DNA from: an uncultured Clostridia bacterium
GTDB taxonomy: Bacteria; Bacillota; Clostridia; Christensenellales; UBA1242
Assembly: GCA_944383415.1 (NCBI GenBank)
Contig: CALWPK010000002.1
Location: forward strand, 43,303-107,302
Reading direction: 5' to 3'
Length of the DNA stretch: 64,000 nucleotides
Shown: in pieces, positions 29,346-37,202 of the stretch
Position numbering within the stretch: the first letter of the stretch is position 1
How the letters are laid out: every line of letters starts with the position of its first letter
Notes under the pieces: generated by a model
The model's input: only the letters and a program-made list of their open reading frames with translations
Told to the model about the DNA's origin: nothing
Database searches by the model: none
Program-made: the position numbers and the translations under genes

Positions 29346-29430
29346 GCGGATATGGCGAAACTGGCAGACGCGCAAGACTAAGGATCTTGTGGAGCAATCC
29401 TTGCAGGTTCAAGTCCTGTTATCCGCACCA
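29346..29430 (+). tRNA. tRNA-Leu, anticodon read as AAG (class II tRNA with long variable arm, encoded CCA)
   Basis: Hand fold: acceptor gcggata/tatccgc, anticodon stem caaga/tcttg, loop c-t-AAG-g-a, T arm gcagg-ttcaagt-cctgt, 3-prime acca. Confidence 0.85.
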
Positions 29431-29431
29431 A

Positions 29432-29454
29432 GGCGAAGCAATTCGTCTTTTTTT
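29432..29454 (+). terminator. intrinsic terminator after tRNA-Leu
   Basis: ggcgaa-gcaa-ttcgtc followed by T7. Confidence 0.7.
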
Positions 29455-29503
29455 ATCGTTTTGCTAATCGCAAAACTTCACTAATAGACGATTGTTTCGC
29501 CTA

Positions 29504-29651
29504 TCCCACTTCGCACTAGTACTTGTGGGAGCCCTATTGGATTTGGAATCGCCCTTTACTTACCGCAGTTTTAGATATAAAACTGCATTAGTAAGATTTA
29601 TGGGCGTTCATTTTTTCTACCCCACTTCGATCAAGTTCTTATGGAGACCCC
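29504..29651 (+). repeat. tRNA-associated structured repeat module (hairpin H, long terminator-like hairpin, hairpin H)
   Basis: tcccac-ttcgcactagtactt-gtggga-gccc (29504-29534). gaatcgccc...gggcgttcatttttt with a nested gcagtttt/aaaactgc stem (29546-29616). ccccacttcgatcaagttcttatggagacccc (29620-29651). Confidence 0.7.
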
Positions 29652-29671
29652 TTATTTTTATTAGGGGCGGG

Positions 29672-29797
29672 TTATTTTTGTTTGTACTATTCTTTCTTAT
29701 TTTTTCTCTCTTCACTCTTCTTTTGCGGATTTTTTTGAAATAAAAAATAAAAAGAAGAATGAAAAGTTGCGGATATCTAAATTTTTTGTTTTACATT
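29672..29797 (+). repeat. direct repeat DR-A (T/C-rich) flanking the SLOG-HTH cassette
   Basis: Aligns with 30872-30986. The core ctctcttcactcttcttttgcg and atttttttgaaata are identical in both copies. Confidence 0.8.
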
Positions 29798-29848
29798 CTT
29801 CTAGCGGATTATTTTTAAGATAAGAGAGAAAAATTGTTGCAAAATTTA

Positions 29849-30406
29849 TTATAATTTTAAGTATAAATTTATAATCTCTTTCTTTTTTTTCTTTGCATAA
29901 TTATATGCGAGAGCAGTCCCAGATTTTGGAATATAAGTAGAAAAACTTCGTTTTGAATATTTACGTTCTTGCGGTTTATAACTTTCATCATAATAAAATA
30001 TACATAAATCGCTATCATTTATCATCGCTTGATTTCTTTCAACATAACTCGCTCTACCTGCAATCCACTTTGTTTTATGTTCAACCTCTTCTTCGACTGC
30101 AAGCAGGCGAACTTTTCTTTTCCTAAATTCGCTATAAATCTCTTCCCAATGCTCCCTTTCGCTTTCTAATATACAAGTTTCACTTTTGCTGGTGTAACAT
30201 TTTCTTTGAATAAATGTATATTTTTCTTTTAGTTCTGTAACAATTTTATGGCAGATGAAATCAAAATTGCTATGGCTACCAAATAAGAATATTTGAACAT
30301 TTTTGCTGACTATTAAATCTTCAAAAAAATCTTTTAGTTTTTCATAATTTTCATCACTTATTTCAAAATCTCTATGACCTATAAAACATATTGTTTTTAT
30401 TTTCAT
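29849..30406 (-). CDS. SLOG-superfamily protein, YpsA/DUF1273-like
   Basis: N-terminal KTICFIGHRDFE (compare the ITGYKPHELG-type motif of YpsA). C-terminal SDLCIFYYDES...SGTALAYNYAKKKKK (compare the LLLVYDEE...GSPKYMLEAAKK type). ATG at 30406 is preferred; GTG at 30412 is an alternative. Confidence 0.55.
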   Translation of the reverse strand: MKIKTICFIGHRDFEISDENYEKLKDFFEDLIVSKNVQIFLFGSHSNFDFICHKIVTELKEKYTFIQRKCYTSKSETCILESEREHWEEIYSEFRKRKVRLLAVEEEVEHKTKWIAGRASYVERNQAMINDSDLCIFYYDESYKPQERKYSKRSFSTYIPKSGTALAYNYAKKKKKEIINLYLKL

Positions 30407-30408
30407 AT

Positions 30409-30527
30409 TCACGAAACTCCGTAAATATTATAATAAAATTTCTTATATTTGGCAATGATATTTACGAAATTCCGTAAGACTTATTTTTCATTTAAAAGTA
30501 ATATGATTACGAAATGCCATTACGGAG
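30409..30527. promoter_or_regulatory. divergent control region with three ACGAAAnnCCGTAA-type boxes
   Basis: tcacgaaactccgtaaa (30409-30425). ttacgaaattccgtaag, a near palindrome (30462-30478). ttacgaaatgccattacggag (30507-30527). Confidence 0.5.
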
Positions 30528-30537
30528 TATAGTAATT

Positions 30538-30777
30538 ATGAGTATAGATGAGGCAATTAGAAAAAGAATAAAAGAGATTCTCGAAACGAAGAAAATAACA
30601 TTAACTGCGTTATGCCTAGATTCCAATTTGACGCCATCAACATTGTTTGACTTTATGTCTAAAAAAAGTAAATGTCCGAAAGTCATTACAATAAAGAAAA
30701 TTTGTTCTGGTGCAAATATCACTCTTGCAGAGTTCTTTTCCAGAGATTATTTCAATGGGACAGACGATGTATATTAA
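30538..30777 (+). CDS. XRE-family helix-turn-helix regulator (79 aa)
   Basis: IRKRIKEILETKKITLTALCLDSNLTPSTLFDFMSKKSKCPKVITIKKICSGANITLAEFF is an HTH_3-like pattern. The start was moved to the ATG at 30538. Confidence 0.7.
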   Translation: MSIDEAIRKRIKEILETKKITLTALCLDSNLTPSTLFDFMSKKSKCPKVITIKKICSGANITLAEFFSRDYFNGTDDVY

Positions 30778-30871
30778 AAGTTTTAATCTGCAATTTTTAG
30801 TCTGTTAGATTATTCCGCTCAATCTCAAGTACTGTGATCACCAGACAAAAATAATCCGAGATTTATGCGAG

Positions 30872-30986
30872 GATTTTTTTGTCTGTACTTTTCTTTTTTC
30901 ACTCTTCTCTCTTCACTCTTCTTTTGCGAATTTTTTTGAAATAGAAAATAAAAAAAGAAGAAAGGTTGTGGTTTTGTTTTTACATT
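30872..30986 (+). repeat. direct repeat DR-B
   Basis: Second copy of DR-A. It is preceded by a cagacaaaaa/tttttgtctg hairpin. Confidence 0.8.
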
Positions 30987-31397
30987 TATAAATTCTATTA
31001 ATAATGCGAAAATTTACATTTAAGATAGCAAATAGAGAAGCCCTGACCGACTTCTCTATTTTTTATTCGTTATCCGATTTATCAAACGGTATTATCTAAA
31101 TATCTTTATTTTTGTTTGAGAGTATTAAAACTTGTCACATTTTATGAAGAAAATAAATTTAGTATAACAATAGACTTTTAGATTTAATTTTATTTTTTTA
31201 ATCATTAAAATATTTAAACGCTTTTGAATGTCGATATATATAATCTTTTACTCTAAGTGCTACTAAAATTCATATTAAATTTGCCGACTCTGATTGTGTG
31301 CAAATATGGCGAAATCTCCAACTAAATTAATTCTTTCAAATTTTTCCTCTAGACTTTCAACATTTTGCTATAGCATAGTCGAAACCAAAAGTCAAAT

Positions 31398-34300
31398 TTA
31401 GTTTTCATCCTCGCCGAAAATTGCGTTGTATTCATCCATTGTGATCAGCACTTGTCTAGGTTTGCTACCCTCTTGCGGTCCGATGAACCCTGCACGCTCC
31501 ATCTGATCCATAATTCTACCCGCACGGTTGAATCCCACCGAATATCTTCGCGATATCATACTACCGCTCGCCTGTTTCGTTTGAATGAACATTCTGAGTG
31601 CCTCTTTCAAGACTGGATCGAATTCTTGCTCGCGCATACTTGTCCCATCATTTGAATGCTCTTTTTCTTGATAAGGATTTTTTATCGCCTTGCCAGTGTC
31701 ATCATCGTATACAGGCTGATTATTTTGCTTGATGTATTCCACAACTTTGCTAATTTCCGCATTTGAGACGAATGCTCCCTGCACACGTCTTGGCTCTGGT
31801 TTGTCTTGCGGTTTGAACAACATATCACCTTTACCTAGCAATTTTTCTGCTCCGCCACCATCTAGCACGGTTTTGCTATCCATATAATTTGTCAAAGCGA
31901 ACGCGATACGGCTAGGCAGATTTGCTTTGACCGTACCCGTGATGACATCTACGCTAGGACGTTGAGTGGCAAGCACGAGGTGAATACCTGCCGCTCTCGC
32001 TTTTGCTGCAAGTTTTGCAATTCTATCTTCAATTTCGCGTTTGGCTTCTAGCATTAGGTCAGCCAACTCGTCTACAACAATCACTATAAACGGCAGTTTG
32101 TCTACCTTCTTTGATCTCACCTGTTCAGTTTTGTTGAATTCATTGATATTCACCACGTGATTCTTGGCAAACAGGGCATATCTTCTCTCCATCTCCTTAA
32201 TTGCCCAATCAAGCGCATTGATTGTCATTTCTTTATTGGTGATCACTTCAGGTATCAATAGATGCGGTAGTCCATTATAGGTAGAAAATTCAACCATTTT
32301 AGGATCTATCAAAATGAGTCTTAGATCTTGCGGACCTGCTTTATAACACATACTAAGTAGCATAGTGTTTAGGCAAACTGACTTACCACTGCCAGTGCTA
32401 CCTGCCACTAACAAGTGAGGCATCTTGTCTAGGTTGCAAAAAATGATATCTCCGTTGATGTCTTTTCCTAGCACAAAGGATAACGGATTCCCTCGCACCT
32501 TAAACTCATTGCTATCTACCAATTCACGCAGGCTGACTGAACTAATCTGATTGTTTGGCACTTCAATTCCGACCGAATTTTTCCCAGGAATAGGTGCTTC
32601 CACACGGATAGATCCATTGGACGCGAGTGTCATTGCAATATCATCTGCCATCAGAGCGATTTTGTTGACAGATATTCCTCTAGGCATCGTCAATTCATAT
32701 CTCGTCACCGCTGGGCCTACCTGCACATTATTTACTTTGGCAGGCACTTTGAAATCTTCCAAAACTTGCTCCAATCGGTCGATATTATCTTGCAATTCTT
32801 CGTCCGAAATTCTGGTAGAGTTCTCTACATAATTCAATAGTTCCACTGGTGGTGCAACATAAGGCGGAATCTCTTGTTTAGGTTTGTCTATCTCCATTTT
32901 CACCTGTTCAGGCTTTTCGATATTCTTCTTGATTCCTGGCAGGTGGAATCTAGATATATCCACTGTAGGTCGCACCACCTCGCTCTCTACAGTGCCACCA
33001 AGATTCGTCTCTTGTTTCAATGAATACTCGTCTTTGTATTCAGCGTTTGACACATTTGTCGTGATCTCTTCCACCTCTTCAGTTTTGCCTACAAAATTTT
33101 CATTCAAATTTTCTAGATCCGAATAATCTTCTTCTTGCGAATCGTCAAGTTCTTGATAATCGTCATTTTCATTGTTATTTTCGCTTTCATCCAAAATGAT
33201 GTCGCTATAGTCTTCATTATCAAGATCCTCAAAAAGATTGTCTTCTTCTTGATCATTCAAATCTTGAATTATCGACTTCATATTGTCATTCGAATTTTCT
33301 AATATATTGTTAGAAGTAATTTCTTCTTTGTGATACACAGTATTAGATTTATGATCTGCTGGAATTTCATACGCATTTGCTGTCCTGTTGGGCTGATTTT
33401 GATTTTCTTTTACTACACTATTTTCTATTTTCTTATCTATTTGAGACTCAAAGTCATTAGCGTTTTTCGTCTCTAAATGAGTGTATTGATTTGCACTATA
33501 ATCATTATTATTCGCTTGAACAGAAACTTTGTTTGATTGATTGGTGACACCATCTGATTGGCTGGAAACAGGATTCGTTTGACTGTATGTGAGATTATTT
33601 ATACTATCATTCATTTGATTCGATTTGATATTGTATGCACCATTTGAATTGCGAGTGGAAAAATTGTTTTCCTGAGATTTGTTCAGTTTCTTGCTATTGT
33701 AATACCCTGTAGAATTGTCTAGGAATAAATCGTCTGTATTCTCTGGTGGGATCACTGGTTCTAGAGGAGTCAAGATATATTCTCGCTTTGAAATTGGTCG
33801 CGACTCAACTTTTCTATTGCCAAGATTAAGGTTCGGCATACTGCTAGATATAATTGTGCTCTCTCCCTTTTCTAGACCAAGTTTCTGCTTCGCAATCTTC
33901 TTCGCCTGTTCTTCTTTCGAAATAGATTCTTTTTCTACCGTCAAGTCGAATTCTTCTATATTTGAAAAGTCAAATCGGCTCTTTTTCTCTTTCTTCGCCT
34001 GATTTTTGTCCATCATAACATAGTCAATAATTAATCCTACGAAAATCGCCAATGCAATTGCACTGAAAATATATGCTCCGGCCGTTGTGAGCAACTTCGT
34101 TAGAGGATATGATATCAAACTGAATATCAACCCACCCGCAGTAGTCTTGGCCTGATACGTTTCTATTAAAAATGCACCATAGCCATCCATTGACAAACGA
34201 GACGTCAAAATCAGATGGAAAATAAACCATATAATGCATAGCGAAATCGATAAATACACCACATATTTTGTTTTCACCACTATATTTTTCTTCTTCATCA

Positions 34301-34562
34301 AAAATGCAGACATTACGATTCCTAGCACGCACACAGGATATACTAGCAAGCCAAATAGTCCTAAGAGAAAATTCTTAATGAAATTCGATGGCAATACGCA
34401 CACTAAAAGTATAACAGAAAAAACAATCAAACAAATGAGCGGAACGTTTACTTTCTTTTTCGTCTTTGGAGTCTTCAATTTCACTTCCCGCTCTTTAGTT
34501 TGCTTTTTCTCCTTTTCTTTTTTTTCTGGTTTTTTGTTAAACGATGATTTATAAATTGCCAT
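31398..34562 (-). CDS. ftsK: DNA translocase FtsK/SpoIIIE with long low-complexity linker
   Basis: N-terminal TM helices, an N/Q/S/E/D-rich linker of about 350 aa, Walker A AGSTGSGKSV and a C-terminal gamma winged helix (SMISRRYSVGFNRAGRIMDQME). The start was moved to the ATG at 34562 (RBS aaaggtggg). Confidence 0.92.
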   Translation of the reverse strand: MAIYKSSFNKKPEKKEKEKKQTKEREVKLKTPKTKKKVNVPLICLIVFSVILLVCVLPSNFIKNFLLGLFGLLVYPVCVLGIVMSAFLMKKKNIVVKTKYVVYLSISLCIIWFIFHLILTSRLSMDGYGAFLIETYQAKTTAGGLIFSLISYPLTKLLTTAGAYIFSAIALAIFVGLIIDYVMMDKNQAKKEKKSRFDFSNIEEFDLTVEKESISKEEQAKKIAKQKLGLEKGESTIISSSMPNLNLGNRKVESRPISKREYILTPLEPVIPPENTDDLFLDNSTGYYNSKKLNKSQENNFSTRNSNGAYNIKSNQMNDSINNLTYSQTNPVSSQSDGVTNQSNKVSVQANNNDYSANQYTHLETKNANDFESQIDKKIENSVVKENQNQPNRTANAYEIPADHKSNTVYHKEEITSNNILENSNDNMKSIIQDLNDQEEDNLFEDLDNEDYSDIILDESENNNENDDYQELDDSQEEDYSDLENLNENFVGKTEEVEEITTNVSNAEYKDEYSLKQETNLGGTVESEVVRPTVDISRFHLPGIKKNIEKPEQVKMEIDKPKQEIPPYVAPPVELLNYVENSTRISDEELQDNIDRLEQVLEDFKVPAKVNNVQVGPAVTRYELTMPRGISVNKIALMADDIAMTLASNGSIRVEAPIPGKNSVGIEVPNNQISSVSLRELVDSNEFKVRGNPLSFVLGKDINGDIIFCNLDKMPHLLVAGSTGSGKSVCLNTMLLSMCYKAGPQDLRLILIDPKMVEFSTYNGLPHLLIPEVITNKEMTINALDWAIKEMERRYALFAKNHVVNINEFNKTEQVRSKKVDKLPFIVIVVDELADLMLEAKREIEDRIAKLAAKARAAGIHLVLATQRPSVDVITGTVKANLPSRIAFALTNYMDSKTVLDGGGAEKLLGKGDMLFKPQDKPEPRRVQGAFVSNAEISKVVEYIKQNNQPVYDDDTGKAIKNPYQEKEHSNDGTSMREQEFDPVLKEALRMFIQTKQASGSMISRRYSVGFNRAGRIMDQMERAGFIGPQEGSKPRQVLITMDEYNAIFGEDEN

Positions 34563-34667
34563 AACCCACCTTTCTATGATTATAACTATATTTTCAAAAA
34601 AACACAAACGAATTTTTGAAAATACGCAATAATCAGTTTAGATGAAATATTTAGATAATAATATCCA

Positions 34668-35357
34668 TTATAGGCAATTTGATACTGTGGTAGGATTGAA
34701 TCCGCTGTCTATAGCATATTTTAAAATATCAGGTAATGCTTCGACCGATTTTTTTGTTGGATGCATCAAGATCAAATCTCCGTTGGACAAATCTTTGATT
34801 GCACGATTATATATCAACTCGCTATCTTGATCACGCCAGTCTATCGTGTCCCTTGTCCACATAATTGTCGTATAATTTAGGCTCACAGCGGCGTCTACTG
34901 TCGTAATATTATATGCCCCGCTAGGAGGAGCGAATAACGACATATTGACACCCAGATTCTCACTAATGACTTTGTGGCAGAGCGAAATCTCTTGACAATT
35001 GCCATCAAAATCTAGAGTGTCTTGATCTCTATGGTAAAATCCGTGATTGCCAAGTTCGTGACCGCGTGCATATATCTCTTTCACTAGATCAAGATTCTTC
35101 ACCGCCCACGATCCGCCCACGAAAAATGTAGTTTTCACCTGATATATGTCCATTATGTCCAAAATTTGCTCTATATACTCGTTGCCTTGATACACGTTTA
35201 TCATAAACGATACATTATTTTTCGAACCATCCCCTTGATAAACAACTCGGCTGTCGACGCTCGTCCTTATCGCAATTGAATTGCTAAAAGACAAACCTAT
35301 AAGCGCTACAAACATAGCAACAATTATTATATTTGCAATTATCAAACTTTTTTTCAT
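34668..35357 (-). CDS. polysaccharide deacetylase (NodB homology domain), membrane anchored
   Basis: N-terminal TM helix. TFFVGGSW and ELGNHGFYH motifs. Confidence 0.85.
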   Translation of the reverse strand: MKKSLIIANIIIVAMFVALIGLSFSNSIAIRTSVDSRVVYQGDGSKNNVSFMINVYQGNEYIEQILDIMDIYQVKTTFFVGGSWAVKNLDLVKEIYARGHELGNHGFYHRDQDTLDFDGNCQEISLCHKVISENLGVNMSLFAPPSGAYNITTVDAAVSLNYTTIMWTRDTIDWRDQDSELIYNRAIKDLSNGDLILMHPTKKSVEALPDILKYAIDSGFNPTTVSNCL

Positions 35358-35527
35358 ACATTATAATATTAAAAAATGTGTTAAACTATGATTATTTGCT
35401 CTCAATCGCCCAAATTCATCGCCAAATTTTTGTGAAAATGTAATTAATCTAGAGATTGCTATCGGTCGAAACTTAAAGCAAAGTTTTACCTCTCATAATC
35501 TAGACAGTATAAATTCAAATTCTACTA

Positions 35528-35556
35528 TTGACTTTATCAAATCCACGTGATAAAAT
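35528..35556 (+). promoter_or_regulatory. sigma-A type promoter
   Basis: TTGACT, 17-nt spacer, TAAAAT. It lies 22 nt upstream of the RBS-preceded ATG at 35579. Confidence 0.6.
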
Positions 35557-35578
35557 AACGAATATACAAGGAGATATT

Positions 35579-36613
35579 ATGAGACTGACACCTAATGGAA
35601 GGAGACCCCCTGGTGCCGAAGACATTGATTTTAATTATAGAGATTCAGATGCTGACGACAAAGCGCGTGCCAGACATCTCTCAAACGTAGAATTGACAAT
35701 TAAAACACACACCAGCATCCCAGAGATTCGCGAAAAGCAATCTAAGGCGAAAGAGCAAAAGGCCTTTGAGGAAAAGAGATATCAGGAATTGAAATCAATT
35801 CTTAGTGAAATGAAATCATCGTTGATCGATGAAATAATGGAATATTCAAAAACCAATTCGATAGATGAGGTGCTGAAATATTTTTCTGAAAAAATCAAAA
35901 GATACAAGATATTGCACGATGAGTACGATATCTTAGCAAAGCACTTCAACTTTCATTATTCATCAGATTATTCCGACCTTTTCTTAGACTTATCCCGTAA
36001 CAATCCTGAATTCTTGATATATTCTCCTGCGTCGACTTTCACAAAAGCGAACCCACCATTGCCAATAAATCAATTGACCAATGAGCAACTCCAGATATTG
36101 CAACTAAGACTGGAGGAGAGCGACATTTTTTCAAATAAGACCTTTTTGAACAAATATCTTCGATATTTCCCTGGCTATATTAGCAAAATGACTAATATCA
36201 ACGACATTTTCTACGCATTGTCTAGGAAACCTGAGATGTATCAGATATTCAAAACTCGACCTTCTTTCGTGGCTATGAGTAATAATATTAAAAATTATAA
36301 ATTACTCCTTTCAACTGCGCCAAAGACACTCTTGTATATGTCGGATGAAGAGATCAAATTTGTGGCAGACGATTCACCATCAAAAATTGGAGCAGTCCTC
36401 AATCGCCACCCTGAGACAATCATTAGACTCAACAACAAATTTTTCGACAAGTACCCACCAAAACTAGTGTTCGGCACCTGCTCAACACCGAAAACGCAAC
36501 TGTTTGTTAAGTTCAAAAAATACCTCTCCGATTATCCTACTTTGAACACATATCTCACTACCTGCGCCCACAACAATGTGACTAATATTGATGATGGTGG
36601 TATGACAGTATAA
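35579..36613 (+). CDS. hypothetical protein (344 aa, no recognised domain)
   Basis: RBS aaggaga followed by ATG at 35579. The start given in the ORF track is actually the -35 hexamer. Confidence 0.65.
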   Translation: MRLTPNGRRPPGAEDIDFNYRDSDADDKARARHLSNVELTIKTHTSIPEIREKQSKAKEQKAFEEKRYQELKSILSEMKSSLIDEIMEYSKTNSIDEVLKYFSEKIKRYKILHDEYDILAKHFNFHYSSDYSDLFLDLSRNNPEFLIYSPASTFTKANPPLPINQLTNEQLQILQLRLEESDIFSNKTFLNKYLRYFPGYISKMTNINDIFYALSRKPEMYQIFKTRPSFVAMSNNIKNYKLLLSTAPKTLLYMSDEEIKFVADDSPSKIGAVLNRHPETIIRLNNKFFDKYPPKLVFGTCSTPKTQLFVKFKKYLSDYPTLNTYLTTCAHNNVTNIDDGGMTV

Positions 36614-36744
36614 GCAAAAAGAAATGATGAGACTAGGACATGATCTTCTACATCATTTCTTTTTTTGAAATTTTGAATTGATAAGTATTATGTTCAACCA
36701 AATATGTCTTAATTTTTCTATATTTCAACAATATTTTATTAATT

Positions 36745-36950
36745 ATTGATTTTTCTCTATATTTTTTGTTTTTTTTACTATGTTTTTTAATTTTTTTATT
36801 TTTTCTTTATATATTTTTTTATTTTTTTCTGTTTTTTTTAATTATTTTTCATATTTTTTTACATTATTTTATTATTTTTATTGCATTTTTTAATTTTTTA
36901 TTTTTTAGTTATTTATATTTTTTCAATATATTATTTAATTTTCTAAAAAT
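36745..36950 (+). repeat. phased T-tract array E1 (about 10-bp period)
   Basis: A T5-T8 run appears in almost every 10-nt block from 36761 to 36925. T-rich on the + strand. Confidence 0.8.
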
Positions 36951-37202
36951 TTTGTAATATTTTAATTATTTATTAAATTCAAATTAAATCTAAAAAAATT
37001 ATTTTTTGACTATTAAAATAGATAAATTTATCTACATTTTTTGAAGCAATTATAATTTTTTATAAACAATATTATTTATCTACTTACATTGTAGAATATC
37101 ACAATCAAAATTATTCTTTTGAAATCATTTGTTTATAAATATTGCCAATCTATTTAATTATTCAAATGAAATATTAATAAAAAAACGGATATACTACCCG
37201 TT

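Larger units (their letters stand above)
29672..30986. mobile_element. candidate mini-island: two-gene cassette bracketed by about 120-bp direct repeats downstream of tRNA-Leu
   Basis: DR-A and DR-B are in direct orientation about 1200 bp apart. The cargo is a SLOG-like gene plus an XRE gene. No integrase is present. Confidence 0.4.

Noticed and set aside
28980-29651. CRISPR array hypothesis for the repeated CCCAC...GTGGG hairpins
   Set aside because: The repeat spacing is irregular (20-400 bp), and copies are imperfect with compensatory stem changes. There are no unique spacers of constant length and no cas genes in the window.
31004-31066. 31-codon ORF followed by a good + strand terminator (agagaag-ccctgaccga-cttctct-T6) just after DR-B
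   Set aside because: There is no RBS before the ATG. The orphan terminator may belong to a small RNA or to read-through from the cassette, but I cannot support a gene call.
36766-36957. 63-aa ORF made almost entirely of F, L and I
   Set aside because: It is a translation of the phased T-tract array. There is no RBS, and it lies in a convergent terminator gap.
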